Assembly (NCBI GenBank): GCA_964016885.1
Contig: OZ024741.1
Location: 288,796,001-288,860,000, forward strand
Length of the DNA: 64,000 nt
Reading direction: 5' to 3'
From: Eledone cirrhosa
Taxonomy: Eukaryota
Shown here: piece by piece, positions 1 to 10,432 of the stretch
How positions within the stretch are numbered: the stretch's first letter is position 1
Layout: the number at the start of each line of letters is the position of its first letter
Translations under genes and position numbers: made by a program
The notes under the pieces: generated by a model
What the model was told of the DNA's origin: nothing
The model's database searches: none
Seen by the model: only the letters and a program-made list of their open reading frames with translations

Positions 1-718
1 TCAGGACACGATTCCTCTTAAATACGGATTCATGATTTCCTAAATTTAGTTCTCTGCTTCCACCATCCAATTCGAAACTGGTATTAAGTCTGCAAAGTGT
101 AGTAGTAACATGCACCACTAACTATCAGGAATTACTAACACAGTGAGTCTTTCAGCCACTAAGGCTCCCACCACCAAATGCCAACAGTAATTTTTTCCAT
201 TTTGTTTGGTCCCATCATTTTATTCAGATTTTATCATTTGTCAAATCCACAACCCAACGCAGAATCATCTCTATCATTTGTCAAACTCACAACCCAATTC
301 GAACCCCACTCATTCTTAATAACCCTACTCTAAGGTCCCAAATCTTTAAAAAGATAAGATATCTTTAGATAACTAAAATTGAGACATTTTTTTTCATTCG
401 GAGAAAAAAAAAAAAAGTAATCAAAACAACTCAGAAATGAAGTGGCAGATATTTTTCTACATTTTAATAGACGTAACCGAAAAATTGCGTGAAAGTTTTG
501 AAATAGTTTATATGTATGTTTAAATGTGCCACTGAGAGAGAGGGGGGGGGGGGGGGTGAATGTGTGTGAATGCGTGTGAATGTGTGTGTATATATGTGTG
601 TGTGAAACTTTTGTGTGTATATATTTGTTCAGTAAATTAATGAACGTGTGTGTTGTATTAATAACTTTTAATCTACAGAAATTTTCTCTCATTACTTTTT
701 ATAAAACACACACACATG

Positions 719-754
<36 letters not shown>

Positions 755-1000
755 ATTTTAATTGCTTATCTATGTGTGTGGGCATATATGCATTTCTGTG
801 CGTGTATGGGTGTAGCGTGTCTTCGAGTGTATCGAGTTTAAGTAACAGTGTCTGCACGTCAATTCATTGACATAACTTTGGTAGTGTTGTTTGTTGCACG
901 AATGACGAGGCTACATATTATTTGTTATAACACCTATTTTAGTTACAAAGATAAACAACAACAACAAAAAAAACACAACAACAATAATAACAATAATAAT

Positions 1001-1216
1001 GGTTTCTGATTTAGGCACATGACCAACAATTTGGGGGGAGAGGAAAGTCGATTAAATCGACCCCAGTGCACTACTGGTGCTTTATTTTATCGACCCCGTA
1101 AGGATGAAAGGCAAAGCTTACCTTGGCGGAATTTGAAATGGGAACATAAAGGGCTGTAACTCTATGTTGCAAAGCAGGGTGTCCGGCACTCTACCGATAC
1201 TACCAATCCACCACCC
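1001..1216 (-). mobile_element. tRNA-derived SINE, long variant
   Basis: Minus strand: A-box-like TGGTAGTATCGG, degenerate B box, central GCCTTTCATCCTTACGGGGTCGATAAAATAAAG block (resembles the Meta/MESC-type SINE core, from memory) and (TTA)n tail. About 16 homologous copies in the window. Confidence 0.85.
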
Positions 1217-1223
1217 TAGTAAT

Positions 1224-1329
1224 AATTGTTTCTACTTTGGGCACAAGGCCAGCAATTATCCCAGTGTATTACTGGTACTTTATTTTATCGACTCCATAAG
1301 GATGAAAGGCAAAGTTTAACCTCGGCGGA
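1224..1329 (-). mobile_element. SINE 3' half, truncated near the B box and fused to an R4 fragment
   Basis: Matches the other copies from the tail to aacctcggcgga, then switches abruptly to LINE coding sequence. Confidence 0.8.
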
Positions 1330-2150
1330 TCAAAGCAAAGGAACTAAACCGTAAATTGAAGGCAAAACCAATGCATGGTAGATTCCCAGAACGACTTTCT
1401 GACAATGATACCAATCAGCATGACTCACTATCCTGGCTCAGAAGTGCTGGTTTGAAAGCAGAGTCTGAGGGGCTCTTAGTTTCTGCACAAGACCAATCTT
1501 TAAACATGGGAAAGATGGGACTAGCTCTCTAAGCAGAATATGCTATAAACATGAAGAAACGGTCGATCATGTTATCTCCGGATGTCTAGAGCTGGCAAAC
1601 ACTGACTATATCGAAAGACAACCGCATTGCCAAATATGTGCACTGGATGCTCTGCCGCACTCATGACATCCAAACTTCTAACAAATGGTATGAACATCAA
1701 TCAAAAACAGTCGTGGAGAAAGGCAACATATCCATCTTGTGGGATATGCCTGTGATAACTGACTATGAAATCACTGCCAACAAACCAGATATCATCATAA
1801 CAAACAAAACAGATAGGACATGTAGTCTCATAGATATTTCTGTACCAGCTGACAAGAATACCTCTATAAAAACTATGGAAAAACTGTCAAAATACAAAGA
1901 CCTGGAAATAGAGGTCAACCGCATGTGGAGGATGACCACAAACCCTATCCCTGTGGTAATAGGGCATTAGGATTAATACCCAAATCATCAGACCTCCATC
2001 TTAGCATCCTTCCCTTCAAGATCAACAAATATGGGCTACAGAAGATCGGGCTACTAGGAACAACACACATTCTCAGACGAGTTCTGAACCCGGCAATAGA
2101 AAAACAGAACTGAGCTAAACGAAATAATAACAACAACAACTACAGCAACA
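1330..2150 (+). mobile_element. 5'-truncated R4/Dong-clade non-LTR retrotransposon (restriction-like endonuclease end), frameshifted
   Basis: Frames read KPMHGRF...WLRSAGLKAESEGLLVSAQDQ, ETVDHVISGC...ERH, NKPDIII...IDISVP...EKLSKYKDL...PVVIG/ALG...LQKIGLLGTTHILRRVL. Ends in an (AAC/AAT)n tail. Confidence 0.85.
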
Positions 2151-2151
2151 A

Positions 2152-2635
2152 TCTAAACTATAATAAAGTAAGGAGCGCGGGACTGCGTACGGTTTGTAAT
2201 TTTTTATCCAATTAGTAAAATAAATTGGTTTACTTTGAATAAATAATGAATGAATATTACATAATTTATCTACTAAATTTCGTGGCTGTTGATTAAATAT
2301 ATTTTGTTTATTTAAAGATTCACTTCTTTAATATTTCTGAAATGTCAACACTTCCGGTTGGCCATCGCTTAAATAAACATACTAATTTGCTGTCACTAAT
2401 TTTCTCCTAATGCAGTTTATATATAATATCGTCTTTTTTAATGTATCATGGATTATGTTAGTGATTAAATAAGACAGTGTAACACAGTCTTCGTTCAATT
2501 TCTATGTATTCTATATTGTCAATTACGATTTTATTTGATGTATTATATCTGCATGTAAAAATACCTGCGTATAATATCAATATACACACTACACATGTTA
2601 GCAGAAAACCACCCGAAGGGTGGTTTTTCTGCTAG
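2152..2635 (+). mobile_element. Non-autonomous Helitron
   Basis: 5' TCTAAACTATAATAAAG preceded by A. 3' hairpin TAGCAGAAAACCACCC-GAA-GGGTGGTTTTTCTGCTA ending in CTAG, followed by T (A^T insertion, no TSD). Second copy at 48373-48840. Confidence 0.8.
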
Positions 2636-2645
2636 TAATAATAAT

Positions 2646-2836
2646 AATTGTTTCTACTTTTGGCACAAGGTCGATAATTATATCAGTGTATTACTGGTAC
2701 TTTATTTTATCAACTCTGTAAGGATGAAAGGCAAAGTTAACCTCGGCGGGATTTGAAATCAGACCATAAAGGGCCGTAACTCTTTGCTGCAAAGCATGGC
2801 GTCCGACCCTCTACCGATACTGCCAATCCAACGCCC
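2646..2836 (-). mobile_element. tRNA-derived SINE, short variant
   Basis: A box TGGCAGTATCGG, B-box-like GATTTCAAATCC, conserved core and tail. Confidence 0.9.
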
Positions 2837-3120
2837 TTATAATAATAATAATAATAATAATGATTTCATTTATTGGCCACAAGGGCCGACATATAGGGGA
2901 CAACACAATAGACAGGGACAGTGGGGGTTTACATAGAGATCGAGTAAGTATAAATAACAAAAAAACAAAAACAAAATAACAATAAAAATACAACAATGAA
3001 AGTTCCCCAATAAGAGGGATCACCACCCAGGGTTGACTCAAGCACCCCACCAGTCCTGAGCCACCCGACGCTCCTAGGGCACCCGGGAAGGGCACCCCTC
3101 TCCTTCTCGAATTCACCAGC

Positions 3121-6100
3121 CTACAGGCGCATGATCAGAGTAGGCCCACTCACGCGGGCCATTCTCGCCACATTCACCCACCTTTCAGTAAATGTACTGG
3201 GGGGCAGCACTTCTCTCTCCACCCTCACCTTCCTTTCCAAGTGAAACTTGAAGAAGTTGATGAGGGATTGGCCGAAGAGAAAAGTGTCTGTCTTCAGTCC
3301 TTTCAACCTGGTCCACCATGCAACCTCTTTCGCTACTGCCACCAGGCAGAGGAAAATTGCCTGCCCTTCCTGACCAAAAGAAGGCGGCGGGTCAATCTTC
3401 ACTATGGACTCGGACGATAGCCGGATCCGTTCTACACGCGACAATAGCTGTTCGACATAACCCCACAAGTCAGCAATGCACGGACACTGGACGAGTGCGT
3501 GCAGAACGGTTTCGTCGCTCTGCGCGCATCTCGGGCAGGTTCGTCTGACAGCACTTCCGTGCCTGTAGAGTTTATCCCGAACCGGCAGCGCCCCCCGGTA
3601 GCACTGCCAAGCGAGGGATTTCTGGAAGTTATCCATCGTCCCCGGCTCGAAAGTCCTCCGGAACATACTGGTCAGTTCTACTTCGTTGACGCCCAGAGCC
3701 TCTCCTAGTACGTCATCGCACTTGCCCTCCACTAATCCTCTATAGAAATCTTGAGTGGAAGTTCCACTGACCGCATTGCCCGCCTTGCAGAGTGCAGTGA
3801 GCGCCTGGCAACATTCCAGATGCCAGTCGCCCAGTCTCGGTCTCTTCTTGACCCAGGACTGCAGCTCAGTCAAAGAGATGAGCTGCGGAAAGGCCCGTCT
3901 AACAAACGGCGACCACACCTGTTCACCGTTTAGGCAAAATATCTGGAGATGTCGCAGCCTCAGCGCATGTCTGCGCATCATTAGCCACGGCATGCCCAGC
4001 CCTCCACGAAGAGGGTGCTGGCAGCAGATGGACCGCCTCACCAACGGGACCCGTCCCCTCCACAAAAATTTGAAAAGGAGCCGTTCCAAATTGGCGAGGC
4101 GTGGACGGGGGCAAGGCACGACGGTCAGGCGGTAGTAGATGACGGACGCGATGTACGCGTTCGCCACCTCCGCCCGCCCTTTCAGTGATAGCTTTCTCTC
4201 AGCCCATTTCTGGGTGAGGTTGGCTATCCTGCTCGTCACCTCGTCCCAATTCTTATCCACCTGGAGGTCTGGTCCGAACCAAACCCCGAGCAACTTTACC
4301 GGTCCGTCTGTCCAGCGCCCAACGACGCTGTTGGACGGCATGGACTTGCCTCTCCAGGTGCCGAGCTGCAAGCCCACCGACTTTTCCGGGTTAAGTTTTG
4401 CTCCCGTCAACCTTTCATATTCCTCCAAATGGGTGCGGATCACCTCGATTTCCGAGGTGTCCGACACCATCACGGTGATGTCGTCCGCATAAGCGGACGC
4501 AGCCTTTCTACGTCCCGGTTCGAGCGGGATGCCCTGCAACAACTCCAGCTTCCGCAGTAGAGGCTCAAGAGTCAATACGTACAGAAGTGAGGAGAGAGGG
4601 CACCCTTGACGGACCGATCGAGAGATCTGAAACGGTTCCGAGAGGTGGCCATTAACTTTGACCACCGAGCGGATGCCGCTGTACATTGCAGCGATCCAGC
4701 TTCTGAAGACGGGGCCGAAGCCAGCCGCCTCGAGGACAGCCTCCAAGTACCGATGGTCGACCCTATCGAATGCTTTCGATTGATCTAAATTGATCAGAGC
4801 CCCACCGAAGCCAGGTTTGCACCCAACCCTCTCTATGATGTATCGCATGAGGTGGAGGTTGTCGTGTATGGACCTGGTCGGGATTGCGCAAGTTTGCGCC
4901 TCCCCAACCAAATCTTTGACGACAAGCGCCAACCTTTTCGCTAACACCTTGGCCAAAATCTTAAACTCTGTGTTGAGCAGGGTTATGGGCCTGAAATTAT
5001 CTAGTGTGTCCCTCTTGTTCTCGTCTTTCCTTATCAGCGTCACTACGCCACGGCTCACAGAACTGGGAATGCTCCCGTTCTGCTGCCAGTTGCAGTAGAG
5101 CGCTTCGAGGAGATCGGAGAACAAGTCTGGCATATTTACGTAAAGCTCGTAGGGCAGACCATCCAAACCGGGTGACTTGCGACTCGAGCAGCCGACAAGG
5201 GCGTCCTGAATTTCGGCTGATGTTATCGGCTCTTCGCAGCGCTCAGCGTCGGCCGTCGAGAGGCGTGGCAAGCCGTCGAGGTAGGGACTGAAGTCCGCCG
5301 CCGTCTCCGACTCACCCATCCTCCCGAACAATCGAGCAAAGTGCTGGCGAAAGGCCTCACACATCTGCTTGGAATCGCTCAGTTCGTGTCCATCTCGATC
5401 CGTCAAAGACCGAATTGTGGTTTTATTTCCACGCTGCGTCTCTGCAAAGCGAGCCCATCGGGCAGCTTTGGTTCCCTCGTTCCTCAGAGCACGCGCCTTA
5501 GCTCTGACAATGCAACCTTCGTGTTTCGCATTGAAGAAATGGTCTAGTGCCATTCTCGCCGCTAGCACGTCTGTTGCAATGCCACTACAAATAGCCTCGT
5601 CTAACTTAGCTATCAGCCCCTCCTCCTTTCTATTTTTCTCTATTGCTACTTCTTTGCTAAATCCTATCGAGGTTGCTCTAATCTCTCTTTTGAGTGCCCC
5701 CCACCACCTGTTGTTGACAACCCCCCCTGTCAACTTTTGCTTAACTAAGTTGTTGACCCGGTCCCTGTAAGCTTTACGTGCCGGAAACGACATGTTTAGC
5801 TTCCAGTAGCTAGGTCCTAACCTACGTGTCTTATCTAGGTCGACCATACAGATCACAAGCTTGTGATCTGAATAGGCAACCGTTTTAAAATGTGGACATC
5901 CTACACTATTTCTATCTCTTTTCCTAATGAAAATCCTATCTATGTACGATCTAGATGACCCTATGCGATTGGTCCAGGTCCATACTGGCGCATTAGGGAA
6001 ATCTAGTCGGTACCTGTCAGACAGTTGAAACTGGCTGATCAGGTACTTGAGGCTTTTGCACCCCCCGCTCCTATCAGATACTCCCACACAATCCCAGCGT

Positions 6101-6540
6101 GCTTCTAAGATGCCATTCCAATCCCCTATTAACAGTAAAGGGCGAGACGTAAGCAGAAAGTTTTCCAGGCGCCTAAAGAAGTCCGGCCGACCGGCCCCAG
6201 TAGGGGCGTAGACGGCCACCAGTCTAAAGGCACCACCTTCGCTATTGCTCACGTCCAGGACCACCAACTTTCCGTCAGGATCCCGGAAGATTGACCTTAC
6301 CTCGAGATCCAGACATTTCCTAAACAGCACAGCCACTCCACCTCCCATTCCCGGCCGACTAACAGATGCAAAGATCTGATAATCGTCGAAAATCGGCGCC
6401 AGTGCGCGTGTGTCGGATATTCTGGTCTCGCTGATGGCAATTACATCCATTCCTAGTGACCTGAGGTCGTTGAGCAAGTGACCTTGCTTCCAGGGCGACC
6501 CCAGGCCACGAACATTTAAACTTCCTACTCTTATGGCCAT
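3121..6540 (-). CDS. LINE ORF2: APE endonuclease + reverse transcriptase + CCHC (1139 aa, uninterrupted)
   Basis: SLNVRGL, ISET, VYAP, GDWN, YIDRIF, SDH (APE); KSPGLDG, FRPITLLN, DQSKAFDRVDH, VRQGCPLS, YADD (RT); CPRC...H...C. Confidence 0.97.
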   Translation of the reverse strand: MAIRVGSLNVRGLGSPWKQGHLLNDLRSLGMDVIAISETRISDTRALAPIFDDYQIFASVSRPGMGGGVAVLFRKCLDLEVRSIFRDPDGKLVVLDVSNSEGGAFRLVAVYAPTGAGRPDFFRRLENFLLTSRPLLLIGDWNGILEARWDCVGVSDRSGGCKSLKYLISQFQLSDRYRLDFPNAPVWTWTNRIGSSRSYIDRIFIRKRDRNSVGCPHFKTVAYSDHKLVICMVDLDKTRRLGPSYWKLNMSFPARKAYRDRVNNLVKQKLTGGVVNNRWWGALKREIRATSIGFSKEVAIEKNRKEEGLIAKLDEAICSGIATDVLAARMALDHFFNAKHEGCIVRAKARALRNEGTKAARWARFAETQRGNKTTIRSLTDRDGHELSDSKQMCEAFRQHFARLFGRMGESETAADFSPYLDGLPRLSTADAERCEEPITSAEIQDALVGCSSRKSPGLDGLPYELYVNMPDLFSDLLEALYCNWQQNGSIPSSVSRGVVTLIRKDENKRDTLDNFRPITLLNTEFKILAKVLAKRLALVVKDLVGEAQTCAIPTRSIHDNLHLMRYIIERVGCKPGFGGALINLDQSKAFDRVDHRYLEAVLEAAGFGPVFRSWIAAMYSGIRSVVKVNGHLSEPFQISRSVRQGCPLSSLLYVLTLEPLLRKLELLQGIPLEPGRRKAASAYADDITVMVSDTSEIEVIRTHLEEYERLTGAKLNPEKSVGLQLGTWRGKSMPSNSVVGRWTDGPVKLLGVWFGPDLQVDKNWDEVTSRIANLTQKWAERKLSLKGRAEVANAYIASVIYYRLTVVPCPRPRLANLERLLFKFLWRGRVPLVRRSICCQHPLRGGLGMPWLMMRRHALRLRHLQIFCLNGEQVWSPFVRRAFPQLISLTELQSWVKKRPRLGDWHLECCQALTALCKAGNAVSGTSTQDFYRGLVEGKCDDVLGEALGVNEVELTSMFRRTFEPGTMDNFQKSLAWQCYRGALPVRDKLYRHGSAVRRTCPRCAQSDETVLHALVQCPCIADLWGYVEQLLSRVERIRLSSESIVKIDPPPSFGQEGQAIFLCLVAVAKEVAWWTRLKGLKTDTFLFGQSLINFFKFHLERKVRVEREVLPPSTFTERWVNVARMARVSGPTLIMRL

Positions 6541-6569
6541 GCTGGCAGGATGAATGGGAGAGGAAAGGT

Positions 6570-8480
6570 TTACTTACCTTCCGGGGTCTTGTGAAGGTCG
6601 GGTGGTTCGACCTCCATGGTTTGTGGGGTTTCTTTTGGGAACCCCTTTAATAGTCTTGACGTGGGTTTTACGTTCGGGGTTCCCACATCCCGAGGAAAGC
6701 TCTTTCGAATTTCTTTGTATGAAGCGAGCGACATTCGCATCAGAAGCAAATTATCTGGTACGCGAAATGTGCTCGCTTCAAATGTTTCCCCGTCTTTTTC
6801 GATGTTTGTGCTTCGTGCTACATGGGCCATCAATTCCTTGTTGGCCCTTCTGGCAAGCACGAAGTTTTTAATGTTTTGTTGCTCGGGTTTTATTTGTTCG
6901 TGTGATTGTGGTGGTGATAGCTTTGTTAGTGTTGTTTCTATTGTGTCTGCGTTTGTTGTGGGTGGGGTGTCTGTAGTTTCTGATGTTTGTGTGTCTATTT
7001 GTTCTTGTGTCTGTTTAGCTTGTTTGCGTTTGGGGGATTTTGGTGGTTGTGTTGGTGATGCTGTGGGGAAAATGTTTGTGTGGGTGGTGTGTGTATTTTT
7101 TTTTGTGGGGGTGTTTGTGCTTTGTGGATTTCTTTTTTTTTTGTGTTTTGTTTTTTGTATTTTGGGGGACTTTGGTTTTCCCTCATCTTCACTGCTGGAG
7201 GATGAGGGGTCTGTGGCTGTGAGCGTGTTTGTGTCTGAGTGAGTGTTTATGTTCTTGTTCGTGTGTGTATTTTGGGGGGGAGGGGGAATGGGAGAGCTTT
7301 CCTCGTTTCCCCCCTGGGTGTGCAATTTTGGTGGTTCCATTGTTGACGGTGTTGCTGGTGGTCCTTGTCCCGGCGTCGCCAGCAGTGGAATCTTTCGACC
7401 CCTTGCGCTTTTCGGCAGTTGAGGGCAGAAGGCTCGCAAGTGTGTCGTTTCCCCACAAAGGAAACAATGCGGCCTTTTGCCCTCAGTCATTATATGCAAC
7501 ACCCTCCCGTTTTGGAGGCGGATGTGGTCCGGGATTGTTTTTACGTTTTCGGGTCTGATTTGGAGCAGTATCTCCAGATCAACCCCGGACCAGTCGTCCC
7601 TGGCAGTTCTCGTTGCCTCTACCGGGACTGTATCCGTTCCTTCCACGATTACGCAACCCAGGAGCCACCACATATCAAGTCCTGGTGGATTCCTGGGAAT
7701 GCGCACACGTGCTATTCGTTTTCCCATGTGGGAGGGGTACATTATGACCTTGCTGGTTTTGCAAGGGGTCATTGAATGCTTCACAGCGAGGGCTTCAGAC
7801 TTGAACAGCACCGAAACGGTGCCGTATTGCCTGCCCCTCTCTATGAAGTCTGTGTCCTCTCTGATGTATTTCAGTGCGGCTTCTATGTCAGCTTGGGCGA
7901 TTATCGCTGCCCTCTTTGTCTCTACTGAGATGCATCTGAAATGCACCGTTCTTTTTTCCACTGCCTCAATGGCTTCTGCCGGGACAGTTAAGTTTGCCCA
8001 GGTCTGCTCTTGATTTATGATTTTCCAGGCCTGGGCCAACTTTTCCTCTCTGTTGGTTAAGTCGATGCTGTAGCATGGTCTCCTTTTAGCCGCTGCCACA
8101 GCAGCGAAAGTGTTCTTGTTGGTGTTGTCACTGTTGTTGTTCTTGTTGGTGTTGCTGCTGCTATTGCTGTTGTTGTTCTCCCCTGTGTCGTGGTTACCTT
8201 CTGTGCTGTTGGCCTTGTTGGTGCTGCTGCTGTCGCTACTATTACTCTCTGTGCTGTTCGTTTTGTTGGTGCTCTCGCTATTACCACCTTCTGCGCTGTT
8301 CGGCTTGTTGGTGTTGGTGTTGTCGCTGTTACCACCTTCCGCGCCGCTCGGCCCGTTGGTGCTGGCACTGTCGCTGCTCACATTCGTGCTGGTGGCGCTC
8401 CTCGCCTCACCTCTCCTCTCAACGCTCAAGTCGCCGTTGCACGACAGCAGACCCGCCTCTAGGGGGCGTGGCTCCGCCAT
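6570..8480 (-). CDS. LINE ORF1 nucleic-acid-binding protein with gag-like zinc knuckle (636 aa)
   Basis: CFLCGETTHLRAFC knuckle. Homologous to ORF1 at 61489 (YPSHMGKR/YPSYMGRR, QIRPE/QMRPE, EGKRP/EGRRP, LLKGFP/LLKDFP). Confidence 0.9.
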   Translation of the reverse strand: MAEPRPLEAGLLSCNGDLSVERRGEARSATSTNVSSDSASTNGPSGAEGGNSDNTNTNKPNSAEGGNSESTNKTNSTESNSSDSSSTNKANSTEGNHDTGENNNSNSSSNTNKNNNSDNTNKNTFAAVAAAKRRPCYSIDLTNREEKLAQAWKIINQEQTWANLTVPAEAIEAVEKRTVHFRCISVETKRAAIIAQADIEAALKYIREDTDFIERGRQYGTVSVLFKSEALAVKHSMTPCKTSKVIMYPSHMGKRIARVRIPRNPPGLDMWWLLGCVIVEGTDTVPVEATRTARDDWSGVDLEILLQIRPENVKTIPDHIRLQNGRVLHIMTEGKRPHCFLCGETTHLRAFCPQLPKSARGRKIPLLATPGQGPPATPSTMEPPKLHTQGGNEESSPIPPPPQNTHTNKNINTHSDTNTLTATDPSSSSSEDEGKPKSPKIQKTKHKKKRNPQSTNTPTKKNTHTTHTNIFPTASPTQPPKSPKRKQAKQTQEQIDTQTSETTDTPPTTNADTIETTLTKLSPPQSHEQIKPEQQNIKNFVLARRANKELMAHVARSTNIEKDGETFEASTFRVPDNLLLMRMSLASYKEIRKSFPRDVGTPNVKPTSRLLKGFPKETPQTMEVEPPDLHKTPEGK

Positions 8481-9084
8481 GTTTTTTTGAGAAAAAAATT
8501 ATTATTTTTTTTTTTTCAAAATAAAGTTCAAATATTTGGGCCAAAAGGCCCAAATATTATGAGTTATTCCTTCACAGGATACAAATTAATGTCTTATAAT
8601 GCTTCAGCGGTACAAAAAATAAACAATTCTCCACAATTAATCCTCAAAAAATTGCTTACTCACGGAGCTTCAAAAAAACGTACATCCACTTTCGTCAATA
8701 ATAATAATAATAATAATAATAATATAACAACAGCAACAACAATAACAACAAAGCAACAACAGTAACAACAACAACAACAATGTCAAAAATAATAGTACGC
8801 GTGTCTGAGCAATGCAGAACACGGTGACGAAGAAAAAGAAGAGCGAATCGTTTCGACTCTCGCCACCACCCAATTACTGTAGAGGATGAAAATATGGGTG
8901 AAAATAAAGCTAAGAGACACCATGCCAGCCTCTCTTTCAACGTCTTTCTCCCCCATCTTTATTTTTTGCAGTTATTAAAACGGGAGACGTGACCTGGATA
9001 TATTCATGAGTAAAGACATTTTAAATGTGTGAAACGCTTCTCCATCTGCCTTGTCCATACGGTATAGATCGTTCTTTGTGGCTT

Positions 9085-9094
9085 GTTGTTGTTG

Positions 9095-9130
<36 letters not shown>

Positions 9131-9500
9131 GTAATGGTGAGGAGGAGGAGGAGGTGGAGTAGGAGGAGGAGGAGGAGGACAATGATGATGTTGGTGATAG
9201 TGATGTAGCTGTTGTTGTTGATGATGATAATGATAATGGTGATGATGATGATGATGAGGATGATGAGGATGTTGGTGATGATGAGGATAAAGATGATATT
9301 GGTGATGATAATAATGATGATGTGGGTGATAGTGATGTAGCTGTTGTTGTTGTTGATGAAAATGATGATGATAATGGTGATGATGAGGATAATGATGTTG
9401 GTGATAGTGATGTAGCTGTTGATGATGATGATGATGATAATGATGATGATGATGATGATGGTGTTGGTGATAGTGATGTAGCCGTTGTTGATGGTGATGA
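9085..9500. repeat. (GAT/GGT/GGA)n trinucleotide low-complexity tract
   Basis: Directly visible; a similar tract lies at 9690-9900. Confidence 0.9.
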
Positions 9501-9501
9501 T

Positions 9502-9689
9502 AATTGTTTCTACTTTTGGCACAAGGCCAGCAATTACCCCAGTACATTACTGGTACCTTATTTTATCGACCCCGCAAGGATGAAAGGCAAAGTTAACCTC
9601 GACGGGATTTGAAAGCAGACCGTAAAGGGCCGTAACTCTATGCCGCAAAGCATGGCGCCCGACTCTCTACCGATACTGCCAATCCACCG
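9502..9689 (-). mobile_element. tRNA-derived SINE, short variant
   Basis: Homologous to 2646-2836. Confidence 0.9.
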
Positions 9690-9901
9690 TTGTTGTTGAT
9701 AATGGTGGTGATGATGATGAGGATAAGGATGATGATGATGATGATAGTGATAGTGATGTAGCTGTTGTTGTTGATGATGATGATGATGATGTTGATAATG
9801 ATGATGGTGGTGGTGGTGTTGATGATGATGATGGTGGTGGTGATGGTGTTGCTGATGAGGATGAGGATAATGATGATGGGGATGTAGCTGTTGTTGATAA
9901 T

Positions 9902-10124
9902 AATGGTTTCTTATATAGGCACAAGGCCAGCAATTTGGGCGGAGGGGAAAGTCGATTAAGTCGACCCCAGTGCGTAAACTGGTACTTTATTTTATCGACC
10001 CCGTAAGGCAAAGTGATGAAAGGCAAAGTTAACCTCGGCGGGATTTGAACTCACATCATAAAGGGCCGTAACTCTATGCTGCAAAGCATGGGGTCCGACC
10101 CTCTACCGATACTGCCAATCCACC
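9902..10124 (-). mobile_element. tRNA-derived SINE, long variant
   Basis: Carries the extra GGGGTCGACTTAATCGACTTTTCCCC segment also seen at 1001-1216 and 39682-39896. Confidence 0.88.
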
Positions 10125-10205
10125 AATAATGATGATAACTACAGTGATAATGCTGTTGTTGTTGTTGTTGTTTATGGCTAGTTTTCGCTTGCGTTCTAGA
10201 TAAAT

Positions 10206-10385
10206 AATTGTTTCTACTTTTGGCACAAGGCCAGCAATTATCCCAGTACATTACTGGTACTTTATTTTATCGACCCCGTAAGGATGAAGTTAACCTCGGC
10301 GGGATTTGAACTCAGATCGTAAAGGGACGTAACTATGTTGGAAAGCATGGCGTCCGACCCTCTACCAATACTGTCAATACACCGC
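10206..10385 (-). mobile_element. tRNA-derived SINE, short variant
   Basis: B box GAGTTCAAATCC, core with a small deletion, tail. Confidence 0.88.
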
Positions 10386-10432
10386 TAGATAAATAATTGT
10401 TTTTTTTTATATTGTAGCGTTTCTTTTTGGGG

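Larger units (their letters stand above)
2862..8696 (-). mobile_element. Full-length Tx1/L1-clade LINE inserted in (AAT)n
   Basis: Two open ORFs; 3' UTR ending AATAAATGAAATC then (ATT)n; (AAT)n runs on both flanks (2838-2861 and 8697-8723). Confidence 0.92.

Noticed and set aside
3318-8490. Plus-strand ORFs antisense to the Tx1 element
   Set aside because: Shadow ORFs of GC-richer coding sequence with no independent motifs.
8975-9547. His-rich 190-aa ORF
   Set aside because: Starts inside a SINE tail and is mostly microsatellite.
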